39,339 nt of DNA from Candidatus Micrarchaeota archaeon (GTDB taxonomy: Archaea; B1Sed10-29; JAJRYS01). The translations under genes and the position numbers were made by a program. Position 1 is the first letter of the stretch; every line of letters starts with the position of its first letter. Positions 8,637 through 16,923 of the stretch are shown here, in pieces. The stretch lies in the NCBI GenBank assembly GCA_964643685.1, contig CAZXTN010000001.1, forward strand, positions 200,036-239,374. Direction: 5' to 3'. The notes beneath the pieces were generated by a model that was not told the DNA's origin, ran no database searches, and saw only the letters and a list, made by a program, of their open reading frames with translations.

Positions 8637-10004
8637 ATGAAAGGATTGGAAGAAGCAGCTGAATTTATCAGAAGCAAGGATAATTTTCACTTGATATGCC
8701 ATTATGACGCTGACGGCTTGTCAGCAGGAGGAATAGCTTACACTTTGCTGAAAAGGCTCGGTAAAAAATTTGATTTCAAAGTAGTTAAAGGACTTGACCC
8801 TTCAAGCATGGATGAAATAATGTCAGATGAAGGTGTTTTTCTGTTTGTTGACTTGGGTTCAAGTTCCTTAGAAGTGCTTGAAGAAAAGCTTGAAGGAAGA
8901 GAAGTGTGCATAATCGACCACCACAAGCCAAGCAAAGAAACAAGCTTCGTGCATTTCAATCCTCATTTAAGCGGCTTTGACGGAGCAGTTGAATTAAGCG
9001 GAAGCGGAGCAACTTACCTCGTAGCTAAAAAAATCAATGAAGAAAACAAGGATTTAAGTGGCATTGCGTTGGTCGGTGCTGTTGGCGACATGCAGGATAA
9101 GAACGGCGCTCTTGTTGGGTTGAATAGAAAAATTTTAGAAGATGCTGTTGGAGAAAAAATAATAAAGTACAGCAAGGACATTCGGCTTTACGGTAGGTTT
9201 ACTCGTCCTTTGCCTCAGTTCCTTGCTTATTCTTTTGAACCTGCTTTTCCTGGCTTGACTGCTAATGAAAGCGCTTGCTATCAGTTTCTTGAGCATCTTG
9301 GAATAGAGCCTAAAAGAAATGGAAAATGGGTTTATTACTATGAATTGAATGCTGATGAGAAAAGGAAGTTGATAAGTGGTTTGTATGTTTATGGAAGGCA
9401 GGTTGGGGTGCCTGATTCTTTTTTGAATTCGCTTGTAGGGGAAGTTTATGAATTGATTAATGAAAAGGAAGTGCAGTTGAGGGACATTAAGGAGTTTTCA
9501 ACTTTGCTTAATGCATGCGGCAGGAACGGTGAAGGTGAAATTGGAGTAATGGTTTGCGCTGGAGACAGGGAAGAGTATTTGAAAAAAGCTTTGGCGCTTC
9601 TTGAACAGCATAGGAGGAATTTAAGAGAAGCTATTCTTTATGTGCAGGAGGAAAAAGGAGTTAAGGAGAAGAAGAATATTTATGTACTTGATACTGACAA
9701 GATTAAGGATACGATTATTGGAACTGTTGCTGGAATGCTTTACGGCGCGAAGGTAATCAAGCAAAACAAGCCAATTATTGCTTTAAGCAGGGATGATGAA
9801 GGAATGGTTAAAATTTCAGGAAGAGGAACTAATTACTTGGTTAGGAAAGGATTGGATTTAGGAAAAGCAATGAAGCAAGTTGCTTCTGAATTTGAAGGAG
9901 CTGGCGGAGGGCATGATGTTGCTGCTGGAGCTAGAATAAAACCAGAGTATAAGGAGCAGTTTGTTGAAAAGATTGACGAGGTTATTGGCGAACAGCTTTT
10001 ATAG
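8637..10004 (+). CDS. DHH/DHHA1 phosphoesterase, archaeal RecJ/Cdc45 (GAN-like) family
   Basis: HYDADG, VDLG, IIDHH, ELSGSG, VGAVGDMQ, EFSTLLNACGR, KISGR and GGGHDVAAG. Confidence 0.92.
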   Translation: MKGLEEAAEFIRSKDNFHLICHYDADGLSAGGIAYTLLKRLGKKFDFKVVKGLDPSSMDEIMSDEGVFLFVDLGSSSLEVLEEKLEGREVCIIDHHKPSKETSFVHFNPHLSGFDGAVELSGSGATYLVAKKINEENKDLSGIALVGAVGDMQDKNGALVGLNRKILEDAVGEKIIKYSKDIRLYGRFTRPLPQFLAYSFEPAFPGLTANESACYQFLEHLGIEPKRNGKWVYYYELNADEKRKLISGLYVYGRQVGVPDSFLNSLVGEVYELINEKEVQLRDIKEFSTLLNACGRNGEGEIGVMVCAGDREEYLKKALALLEQHRRNLREAILYVQEEKGVKEKKNIYVLDTDKIKDTIIGTVAGMLYGAKVIKQNKPIIALSRDDEGMVKISGRGTNYLVRKGLDLGKAMKQVASEFEGAGGGHDVAAGARIKPEYKEQFVEKIDEVIGEQLL

Positions 10005-10200
10005 ATTCCTTTTTTCCTTTGTGGTTTTTATTGAAAGGAAGTCTTGCAATCACAACTTTTTCTCCTTTTCTTCCTCTTATAGGCAGTAAAAAGAATTCCT
10101 TTGTAGCTCCAAAAAATCTCAAGGTTTTGCTTGCTGCTCTTGTTGTTGATGCTTTGAAAGGATTTCCTATTTTCCTTCTTCTTTGTCCGGGTGAGACCAT
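9982..10200 (-). CDS. Small basic hypothetical protein (72 aa)
   Basis: ATG-started R/K-rich ORF filling the gap between the DHH gene and dtdA; overlaps the DHH gene 3' end by 23 nt. Confidence 0.45.
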   Translation of the reverse strand: MVSPGQRRRKIGNPFKASTTRAASKTLRFFGATKEFFLLPIRGRKGEKVVIARLPFNKNHKGKKESIKAVRQ

Positions 10201-10335
10201 AAATCATTTTCTAAAAAATAACCTATTTATTTGTTATGGTTTTAAAACCAAACCAAAAAACTTAAAAAAGAAAAAGAAGTTTGAAATCAATGTCTTTTCC
10301 TCATTCTTTTAAGCAAAGATTTAATCTTTCCTTTT

Positions 10336-11118
10336 TCAAATTAGCATAATTTCTTTGCTTGTTTTTTCAGCTAGTTTTCTCACTTCGCTTTGCCTTGCTA
10401 TGCCTTTCTTGTCAATTATTATGTATTCTGGTTCTGGGTTTGTTTTTTCAATCATCTGCTCAAGCATTTTCAAATTCAAGTTGCTTTGCACGTATTTAGG
10501 CAGAATGTGCCCGAAAGCATACTCCCCTTCGTATTGAGTAAGCTTTGAAGCATAATGGTTTCCCCCTATTCCTATTGCAACAGGCGCTTCTTCAACTGGT
10601 TTTTCAATTGCCTTCAAAATGCAGTCAGCTAAAAAAGCAGCTGCTTCCTTGTCTTCCCATTGCTGTTCAGTGCTTCCTAACTCAACCCAGCAGTGAGGAA
10701 TTTCTATAAACGGGCCGTGATGAGTTGCTTCAAGAGAAACTTCATAATCTCTAAATGGGTTTCTTGTTTTAATTTCTTTGAAGATGCTTCTCATGAGAAG
10801 AGCGTCTCCTGTACTTAGTTTTCCGCGTTCTCCGCCCAAGTCATTTGCTCCGAAGTTACCGCAAATATGCGTTGTTAAAGTCGGCTTTCCTGATGCTGCT
10901 TTGTGCCTTGAAGCAAAAATTATTTTTTCATAGTCAAGCTCGTTCAAGTGCTCTGCGTAAACAAGTTCTGAATCTGTTTGTATTAATTCCCATTCTCCTT
11001 TTTGATAAACTGGATTGCCTTCAAAAATTGAGTCTGTTATTTCGAAACCTTTTTCAATTAAAGCCTCTGCTATGTTTGTTCCTGCCTTGTCTTTTGATGA
11101 AAAAACAATTGCTTTCAT
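10336..11118 (-). CDS. dtdA: Archaeal D-aminoacyl-tRNA deacylase
   Basis: IFASRH, GKPTLTTHICGN, EATHHGP, VELGS, GIGGNHYA and GHILPKY. Confidence 0.93.
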   Translation of the reverse strand: MKAIVFSSKDKAGTNIAEALIEKGFEITDSIFEGNPVYQKGEWELIQTDSELVYAEHLNELDYEKIIFASRHKAASGKPTLTTHICGNFGANDLGGERGKLSTGDALLMRSIFKEIKTRNPFRDYEVSLEATHHGPFIEIPHCWVELGSTEQQWEDKEAAAFLADCILKAIEKPVEEAPVAIGIGGNHYASKLTQYEGEYAFGHILPKYVQSNLNLKMLEQMIEKTNPEPEYIIIDKKGIARQSEVRKLAEKTSKEIMLI

Positions 11119-11867
11119 ATGAATTCATTTATCCCTTTTTGCTTTTTATGCAGTCCTTTTATCTTGGCTGACGGGTTGCTGATTTCGTAGTCAAGCTTGA
11201 AAAACTCAAAGCCTTCTTTTTCAAGAAAAGCAAGTGCATGCGAAGAGATTCCAGGAGCGCAGATTATTCCCCTTGTTTTTTTGTCTTTCCTTTTCTCAAC
11301 TTCTTTGACATATCTTTTCAGCTGCGAAACTGAGTCAAGACTTGCTTGTCTTCTTTTGATTTCAATTACAACTAGGTTGCCTTCTTTGTCTTCTGCTAGT
11401 ATGTCAATGTATCCTTTCGGAAGAGGGCTTTCGTTTTTAAGCGGCTTTAAGCCGGGTTCAATTAATTCAAGGTCTTGCATTAGCAAGTCTGAGAGGTTTT
11501 TTTCAGTGCCGAATATTCTTATGCTGTTGTCGTCTTTTAATTTGAAAGTGTTGACGAAAAACACTTCAGTAAACTCTGTTTCGAGCAGTTCTTTCGGCTT
11601 TTTTCTCTGTGCTCTTATTACCAGCTTGCCTTGGTTTAATTCAGCTGAAATTCTACCTTTAGGTGGCTGGTAATTGATTGCTGCTAGTTTCTTGTTTTGG
11701 TGGACAAGGAAGCTCCTGTCTTCTTTTATTATTACAATGCGTTCTCCTTGCGCTAGTTTTGAAGCTGCTCTGCCTTCATATTTGACTTTGCATTTGCCGA
11801 CTATTATTATGTTGTCTTGTTTTTCTATTGCTTCTTTTATTTTTTCAAAAGCTTTTTCAAGTTCCAT
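11115..11867 (-). CDS. nucS: Mismatch-specific endonuclease NucS/EndoMS
   Basis: CxVxYEGRAxS, IKxDxSxLVH, NYQP, GYIDILAED...VIEIKR and QLKRY, plus a C-terminal PIP-box-like QKGINEFI. Confidence 0.95.
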   Translation of the reverse strand: MELEKAFEKIKEAIEKQDNIIIVGKCKVKYEGRAASKLAQGERIVIIKEDRSFLVHQNKKLAAINYQPPKGRISAELNQGKLVIRAQRKKPKELLETEFTEVFFVNTFKLKDDNSIRIFGTEKNLSDLLMQDLELIEPGLKPLKNESPLPKGYIDILAEDKEGNLVVIEIKRRQASLDSVSQLKRYVKEVEKRKDKKTRGIICAPGISSHALAFLEKEGFEFFKLDYEISNPSAKIKGLHKKQKGINEFI

Positions 11868-11902
11868 ACTTGTTTTTATAGTCTTTTTTGTTTTAATTAA
11901 AC

Positions 11903-12226
11903 TTGATGGACATTAATTTGATTGGTTTTCTTGGAGCAGGGTTTTTGGTATTGGCTTGGCTTCCTGTGACTTTGAAAACTTTAATGAAAAGAAGAAGCGA
12001 GGAAAATTTGATTTTTGGCATGTTGTTTTTAGTTGGCGCTGCTTTGCTTACTGTTTATTCAATTCAAATAAAGGATTTTGTTTTTTCTATTCTTAACTTG
12101 TTTGCAATGATTTTTGCTTTCATAAACATCGAATATATTCCGAGAAAAAGCGAAGTGTTTAAGCATGAAATATGGGAAATTGTTGGAAGGAAAGGAAAAA
12201 AGTATTACCATGTTAAAAGGAGTTGA
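11903..12226 (+). CDS. Small 3-TM membrane protein, PQ-loop/SemiSWEET-like; ATG at 11906
   Basis: Three hydrophobic helices with IGFLG...AWLPV (a variant of the PQ motif) and YSI..KDxVF..LN. Confidence 0.6.
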   Translation: MMDINLIGFLGAGFLVLAWLPVTLKTLMKRRSEENLIFGMLFLVGAALLTVYSIQIKDFVFSILNLFAMIFAFINIEYIPRKSEVFKHEIWEIVGRKGKKYYHVKRS

Positions 12227-12801
12227 TTTTTCTGAAAACAAAAATTGGGAAAATTTTAAAGCAATTGGATAAAAAAGTTGAAGTCAGGGAAAAGGCTTTG
12301 AAAAAGCAGAGGAAGATAGTGCCTTTATGCGCGCAAGCAATAAGAGACGTGCAGAAAAACAAGGTAAAAAAAGCTGAGAAATCAGTGAAAGAAATTGAAA
12401 AAATAATAAAGGAAATTGAAAAGGATTTGGAAGAGTACCCTGATTTGAAAAATTCAGTGTTAGGCACGCCATACCAAGAGTATGCTGAGCTGATGATTCT
12501 AATAACTTACTTGAAAAACAAGAGACTGCCTGAATTAAACATCCCACCACAGTATTATTTGACTGGATTAGGAGATGCAATAGGAGAGCTGAAAAGAACA
12601 GCAATGGATTATCTCGGGCAAGGGGATTTGAAAAAAGCAGAAGGTTTATACAAAGAACTTGAAGAATTAAATTACCTGTTCTCAAAACAAGTCTACCCAA
12701 ACTCAATAGTGCCTGGCTTGAAGCAAAAACAAGACGCTGCAAGAAGAATACTCAACAACTTATACGAGCAAATTGTAAATTACAAAATAAAAAAACAATG
12801 A
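12223..12801 (+). CDS. Translin/TRAX-family (C3PO-like) protein
   Basis: QEYAE and YLTGLGDAIGELKR motifs, plus LKQKQDAAR. TTG start overlapping the upstream stop, preceded by AGGAG. Confidence 0.9.
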   Translation: MIFLKTKIGKILKQLDKKVEVREKALKKQRKIVPLCAQAIRDVQKNKVKKAEKSVKEIEKIIKEIEKDLEEYPDLKNSVLGTPYQEYAELMILITYLKNKRLPELNIPPQYYLTGLGDAIGELKRTAMDYLGQGDLKKAEGLYKELEELNYLFSKQVYPNSIVPGLKQKQDAARRILNNLYEQIVNYKIKKQ

Positions 12802-12929
12802 AAAAGGATAATTCTTACTGCTTCTTTTTTTTAGTTTCTTTAATTAAAACCAAACCAAAATTAGTGCAATAATTTTGTAGGAATTATTTTTTGTGAGACA
12901 AAAATTTGTGCAAAAAATTTTTAGAAAAT

Positions 12930-12955
12930 TTTAAAGTATAAACAAAAAACAATAA
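12930..12955. repeat. 26-bp direct repeat, copy 1
   Basis: TTTAAAGTATAAACAAAAAACAATAA, identical to 16061-16086. Confidence 0.85.
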
Positions 12956-13115
12956 TAAAGAAAGTATAATATGACTAAAATAAAATATATCTTATTAAAA
13001 CAATATTATTAAGTAAAAACAATAAAATGTTGTTTTTAAAGGTGTCTGTTTTGTCTTCGTTTGAGCACGCTTTCAAAAGCATAGGTTTAAAAACTTGTCC
13101 TGCTTGTATTGGTTT

Positions 13116-13475
13116 ATGATCAAGGCTTCAAGCAGCTTGTCTCCTTTGAGGATTGTTGAAGGAGATGAAAAGCCTGTTGTAATGACAATTTACATAAGAA
13201 ACAAGTTTGATGAATCCAAAATTGTCAGCTTGATTGTTTCAGTTCCATTCAGTTTGGGTTTTAATAAAATGGGGCTGGAGAGAAGCACAAGAAGGCGCCT
13301 TGGCTTCATAAAACCAGGTGAAGAAAAGGCAGTTCCTATTATGATTTACCCTAAAAAGACGATAAAGAAAGGGGTTTATGATATTGAAACAAAGATAATG
13401 ACACATGAAAAGGATTACAGCAAGGCAGACAAGGAGTATTTGCTAAAAACTGAATTGAGGGTTGTTGAAAAATGA
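13116..13475 (+). CDS. Hypothetical beta-rich (Ig-like/CARDB-like) protein; ORF extends to TTG at 13095
   Basis: Alternating beta-strand pattern with IYIRN, LGFIKPGEEK and KKGVYDI; no signal peptide. Confidence 0.65.
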   Translation: MIKASSSLSPLRIVEGDEKPVVMTIYIRNKFDESKIVSLIVSVPFSLGFNKMGLERSTRRRLGFIKPGEEKAVPIMIYPKKTIKKGVYDIETKIMTHEKDYSKADKEYLLKTELRVVEK

Positions 13476-14035
13476 GTAAATTTAAAGTGAAAGTGTGCCC
13501 GAATTGCGGCTCGACTAATATTGATTATGCAAATCTGGAAGCAGGAGCAGGAACAGGCTTTCTTGGAATAGGCTTGCCTGAAAAGTATTATTGCAAAAAC
13601 TGCGGTTACACTGGAAGTGTAATACTTGAAATTGACAAGAGAAAATTGAAAGACATCAAATTCAAGAACATCAACTACAAGAAAACAAAAAGGAAGAAGC
13701 ATAAGGTAAGGAACCCTGAATTGATGAAGCCTTTGTTTGCCTTAACTGCTTTGTTTTTCATAATAACAGCTGTCTTTTTCCTAATACCTGAAATAAAAAC
13801 AAGCTCAATGAAGCCTAATTCAATAACAGCAAACTATTCACAGCAAGGAGGGCAAACTGTTCCTGAAACAAAGTACGTTGCAGGAGATGTTGAAAAAATA
13901 AGAGGAGTTAGCACAGCAACAGGCATAGAGCAGGCAACTGGCTTTCTTGTGCCTCTTTTCTTCATGTTCTTTACCTTGGCAATAATCTTGCTTGGAATAA
14001 GTGCACATTGGGAAAAAATCAAAATATTCCAGTGA
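13472..14035 (+). CDS. Zn-ribbon protein with two C-terminal TM helices
   Basis: CPNCGS...YYCKNCGYTG zinc ribbon, a basic linker and two hydrophobic segments; ATGA overlap with the upstream gene. Confidence 0.8.
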   Translation: MSKFKVKVCPNCGSTNIDYANLEAGAGTGFLGIGLPEKYYCKNCGYTGSVILEIDKRKLKDIKFKNINYKKTKRKKHKVRNPELMKPLFALTALFFIITAVFFLIPEIKTSSMKPNSITANYSQQGGQTVPETKYVAGDVEKIRGVSTATGIEQATGFLVPLFFMFFTLAIILLGISAHWEKIKIFQ

Positions 14036-14068
14036 AGTTACTTATTAGTAAATCTTGACAGGGTTTTG

Positions 14069-14091
14069 TGTAAAAGCCCTGAAACCCTTTA
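14069..14091. other. Intergenic hairpin CAGGGTTTT/AAAGCCCTG
   Basis: 9-bp stem (one G-T pair) downstream of the Zn-ribbon gene. Function unknown; it could be a terminator or an operator. Confidence 0.4.
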
Positions 14092-14216
14092 TTTTAAGCA
14101 TTTCTGCATAGTGAGATATTGCTCTGGCGCGGAGGATATAAATAGTTTTACTAAAAAGTGCAACCTATTGTTTTTTATTCTCTAATTGTTATACTAATTA
14201 GTGTATTTTAGGTGGT

Positions 14217-14588
14217 TTGATGGATTTTCATCATGACAAGGTTAAAAGCAGTTTGGAATTTGGAGAGTTTGTTAGGGTTTTGTACCCCAAGCAGGATAAG
14301 TATAGGGTTGCTGCTGCTTGGTTTTTAAAGCATGTTGGCGAAAATGAGGGAGTGGACGGCTATGAAGTTTCAAGGCTTTGTTCTGAGAAGAATATTTCCA
14401 GGGCTACTTTGCAGAAAGTGTTTGTGAGGCTGAGGGCTTTGGGTTTGGTTGACAGGAGAGAAGGGAAGTATTTTTTAAGCAATGAATTTTCAACTGCTAT
14501 GAGGCGGCTAGGCGATGCTTGGAAGGGGATTAATAAAAATAAAAAGCTTGAGTTTAATGAGGATTTCTTAAAGGTGAATTTGAAATGA
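14217..14588 (+). CDS. Winged-helix HTH protein; ATG at 14220
   Basis: EVSRLCSEKNISRATLQKVFVRLRALGLVDRREGKYFLS is a wHTH; AGGTGG SD-like element upstream. Confidence 0.8.
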   Translation: MMDFHHDKVKSSLEFGEFVRVLYPKQDKYRVAAAWFLKHVGENEGVDGYEVSRLCSEKNISRATLQKVFVRLRALGLVDRREGKYFLSNEFSTAMRRLGDAWKGINKNKKLEFNEDFLKVNLK

Positions 14589-15046
14589 ATACAAAAAGAG
14601 GGAAACCAGTTGTAAGAAAGAATGTCAATGTTTTTGATAATTATAAAAGACTTGTGAAAAAATTTGAAGAAAGTAGTAAATTAAAAAAGGGAAATTATTA
14701 TAAAATAAACCCTGCAAGGAGTTTTGTGAAGGTAAAAGCAGGAGCTGATTTAATAAGAGATTATGAAATAAAGCCGAAGGAATTTAAAAAAGTGTTGAAT
14801 ACAATTAATGAAGTTGCTGGCTTGTTTGCTGAAAGGGATTTGACAGAAGAGCAGAAAAGAAGGTTGAATACAGCTTATAAAAATTTTATTTTAACTCTTG
14901 AAAAAGAAGGCAGAATAACTCCAAGAAACCCTAATTCAAGAAAGGAAGTGAGAAAAATTGGAGATTATTTAAAAGAGGCAAGAGAAATTCAAAAGCAAGA
15001 GAGTGGAAGAGTGGTGCATGTTGTTAAGAAGGAGAGGAGCAGTTAA
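14585..15046 (+). CDS. Basic hypothetical protein
   Basis: 153-aa ORF with a 4-nt overlap with the upstream wHTH gene; K/R-rich; no motif recognised. Confidence 0.6.
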   Translation: MNTKRGKPVVRKNVNVFDNYKRLVKKFEESSKLKKGNYYKINPARSFVKVKAGADLIRDYEIKPKEFKKVLNTINEVAGLFAERDLTEEQKRRLNTAYKNFILTLEKEGRITPRNPNSRKEVRKIGDYLKEAREIQKQESGRVVHVVKKERSS

Positions 15047-15051
15047 ACAGA

Positions 15052-15651
15052 TTAACTGAGCATGTCTTTTCCAAAGTAATCTTCATAACTCATGTGCTTT
15101 TCAAGTTTTTTGAGGTTTTCTTTCAAAGTTTTTTTGTTTTTATGGTGTTTTCTAACTGGTTTTATTATTTTCAAATTCTGTGGTTTTGGAGAGTACTTTA
15201 TTGAAAGTATTGCAAAAGAATCGCCTGGCGTCTCTGTCTTGAATTCTTCAATTACTTTGAAACCCATTTGCTTGTATCTTTTGATTTTTTCTTTTGATTT
15301 TAAAGGCACTCTTATTGTAATTATCCTGTTTGATAGGATATGCGCAGCTGATTTTACAAGTTCTTTTTCAACATCTGCTCTCTTAAAGCCTTTTCTCACG
15401 CAAAGTAAGTCAATTGAACCTTCTTCTCCTTTTCTGCGCACCACTATAAAACCAATCTTTGACTTAGTTGTCTCAGCAACTAAAAAAATAGTCGGGCCTA
15501 CAATCCACTCACTTAAAGGGTATTTGTTTAAAGGATGTTTTCTCTTCTCAGAGTTGTAAATAGGATACAAGTCCTGTAAGTCATCAAAAGTAACTTCCCT
15601 CACTTTCAGCTTCAAAATGCTTCCTGGATTACCTTTCTTCTTAACAGCCAT
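15052..15651 (-). CDS. Divergent GNAT-fold protein
   Basis: VREVTFDDL, FLVAE...IGFI, IDLLCVRKGFKRADVEKELV (degenerate motif A) and YKQMGF. Confidence 0.7.
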   Translation of the reverse strand: MAVKKKGNPGSILKLKVREVTFDDLQDLYPIYNSEKRKHPLNKYPLSEWIVGPTIFLVAETTKSKIGFIVVRRKGEEGSIDLLCVRKGFKRADVEKELVKSAAHILSNRIITIRVPLKSKEKIKRYKQMGFKVIEEFKTETPGDSFAILSIKYSPKPQNLKIIKPVRKHHKNKKTLKENLKKLEKHMSYEDYFGKDMLS

Positions 15652-15668
15652 TACAGCACCTTAAACTC

Positions 15669-15965
15669 TCACTTTTCATTGTCATACTTCTGAATCCTAC
15701 GCATGACATTCTCAAAATCATGAGCCAAATCCTCACCTTTAGGCGTGAGACGAATAATCTTAATCCTACCTTGCCCCTCAGTCTCAACCAAACCCTCTTC
15801 CTCAAAAGAAGACAAAATATTAATCATATGAGGATAAGTGCAATCCACCTCCTTGCACAACATAGAAGCATACCAAACTCTGTCCTTTTTCAACAGCGAC
15901 ACCAAGGTCTTAGCCGGCTTTTTCTTTAAAAAAACACCCTCAATCACACCATCACCTATAAACAA
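15669..15965 (-). CDS. Small winged-helix (MarR-like) DNA-binding protein; start probably GTG at 15947
   Basis: YASMLCKEVDCTYPHMINILSSFEEEGLV...GRIKIIRLTPKG; AGGTGA SD-like element before the GTG. Confidence 0.82.
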   Translation of the reverse strand: MFIGDGVIEGVFLKKKPAKTLVSLLKKDRVWYASMLCKEVDCTYPHMINILSSFEEEGLVETEGQGRIKIIRLTPKGEDLAHDFENVMRRIQKYDNEK

Positions 15966-16060
15966 TAATTTATAAAAAACAAAAGCACTATTTAAACCTT
16001 ACCAAACAAAAGTATAAAATAAAAACAATAAAATAAAAACAATAAAACACCCTAGCCTTA

Positions 16061-16086
16061 TTTAAAGTATAAACAAAAAACAATAA
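16061..16086. repeat. 26-bp direct repeat, copy 2
   Basis: Identical to 12930-12955. Confidence 0.85.
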
Positions 16087-16680
16087 GAAGTAATTAATAT
16101 AACTTTTTATGTTGCGTGAGAGAGAACATTATAAAATAATTGCAAAAGAGGTTGTTGTGAAACAAGCTGAAAAAGCAAGAAAAAGGAAAAAAGTGAGAAC
16201 TGGAGGTAAAAAATAAGATATTTAGTAAAAGTGAGAGCAAATTGCAGCAAAATAAGCAAAAATAAGCAAAATGAGCAAATGTGAGGAGTTATTTTAAAAA
16301 AAATATGCAAAATAAGAGAGAATAGTTAAAAAACAAGCACAAAACAAAAGTGAGGATAAAAAAAGAAAAGATAAAAAGAGAAGGTTCTTATAAAAAGCAC
16401 TATAAGAAAAGATGAAAAGGGAGGAAAAACAGTTGAAATTAAAGTGTGAGTAAATAAATTAAAAAATAACTGCAAAACCAAGCAGGGTTAAAAAAACAAC
16501 ATAAGCAAAGCATAGAAGAATAAAAGAAAGCAATAAAAAACGCTTGAAAACCCTCTTTTTTCCTCTATTGAAAAACGCTATAAGCAAAGCAAGTTTTTAA
16601 AAAGTTATTTTAAGGTTGTTTTTTGTTTCATTGCTAATTGTTGTGTTGTTATTTTATTAAATAGCCAGGGGCCTTGGTTC

Positions 16681-16899
16681 GAGTAATAAGTTTAGAGTAA
16701 TACAGAGTAAAGAAGAGATAAAAGAGTAATAATTAACGGGTGATATAGTGTAAAAAGAGTAATTTTACGGGGTTTGTTCGGGTAAAACCCTTTAAATCTT
16801 ACTCTTTTTATAAAAATAATGAGTAATAGAGAGTAAAAACTTCACCCGTTAAATTTATATACTTTACTCGTTAGAAATAATATGAGTAATAAGGAGTAT
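16681..16899. repeat. Cluster of GAGTAA hexamers (iteron/operator-like) with nested inverted repeats
   Basis: GAGTAA on + at 16681, 16695, 16705, 16724, 16757, 16821, 16831 and 16884; TTACTC at 16799 and 16864; variants GAGATA at 16715, GGGTAA at 16780 and GAGTAT at 16894. Confidence 0.85.
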
Positions 16900-16923
16900 T
16901 CAATTTTTTGGTGATTAGGAGAT

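Noticed and set aside
16107-16310. 67-aa hydrophobic ORF on the minus strand
   Set aside because: The F/L richness simply reflects the complement of A-rich sequence; no SD or motif.
16681-16899. CRISPR array
   Set aside because: The repeats are hexamers with short irregular spacing, there is no 25-45 bp repeat/spacer pattern, and no cas genes are present.
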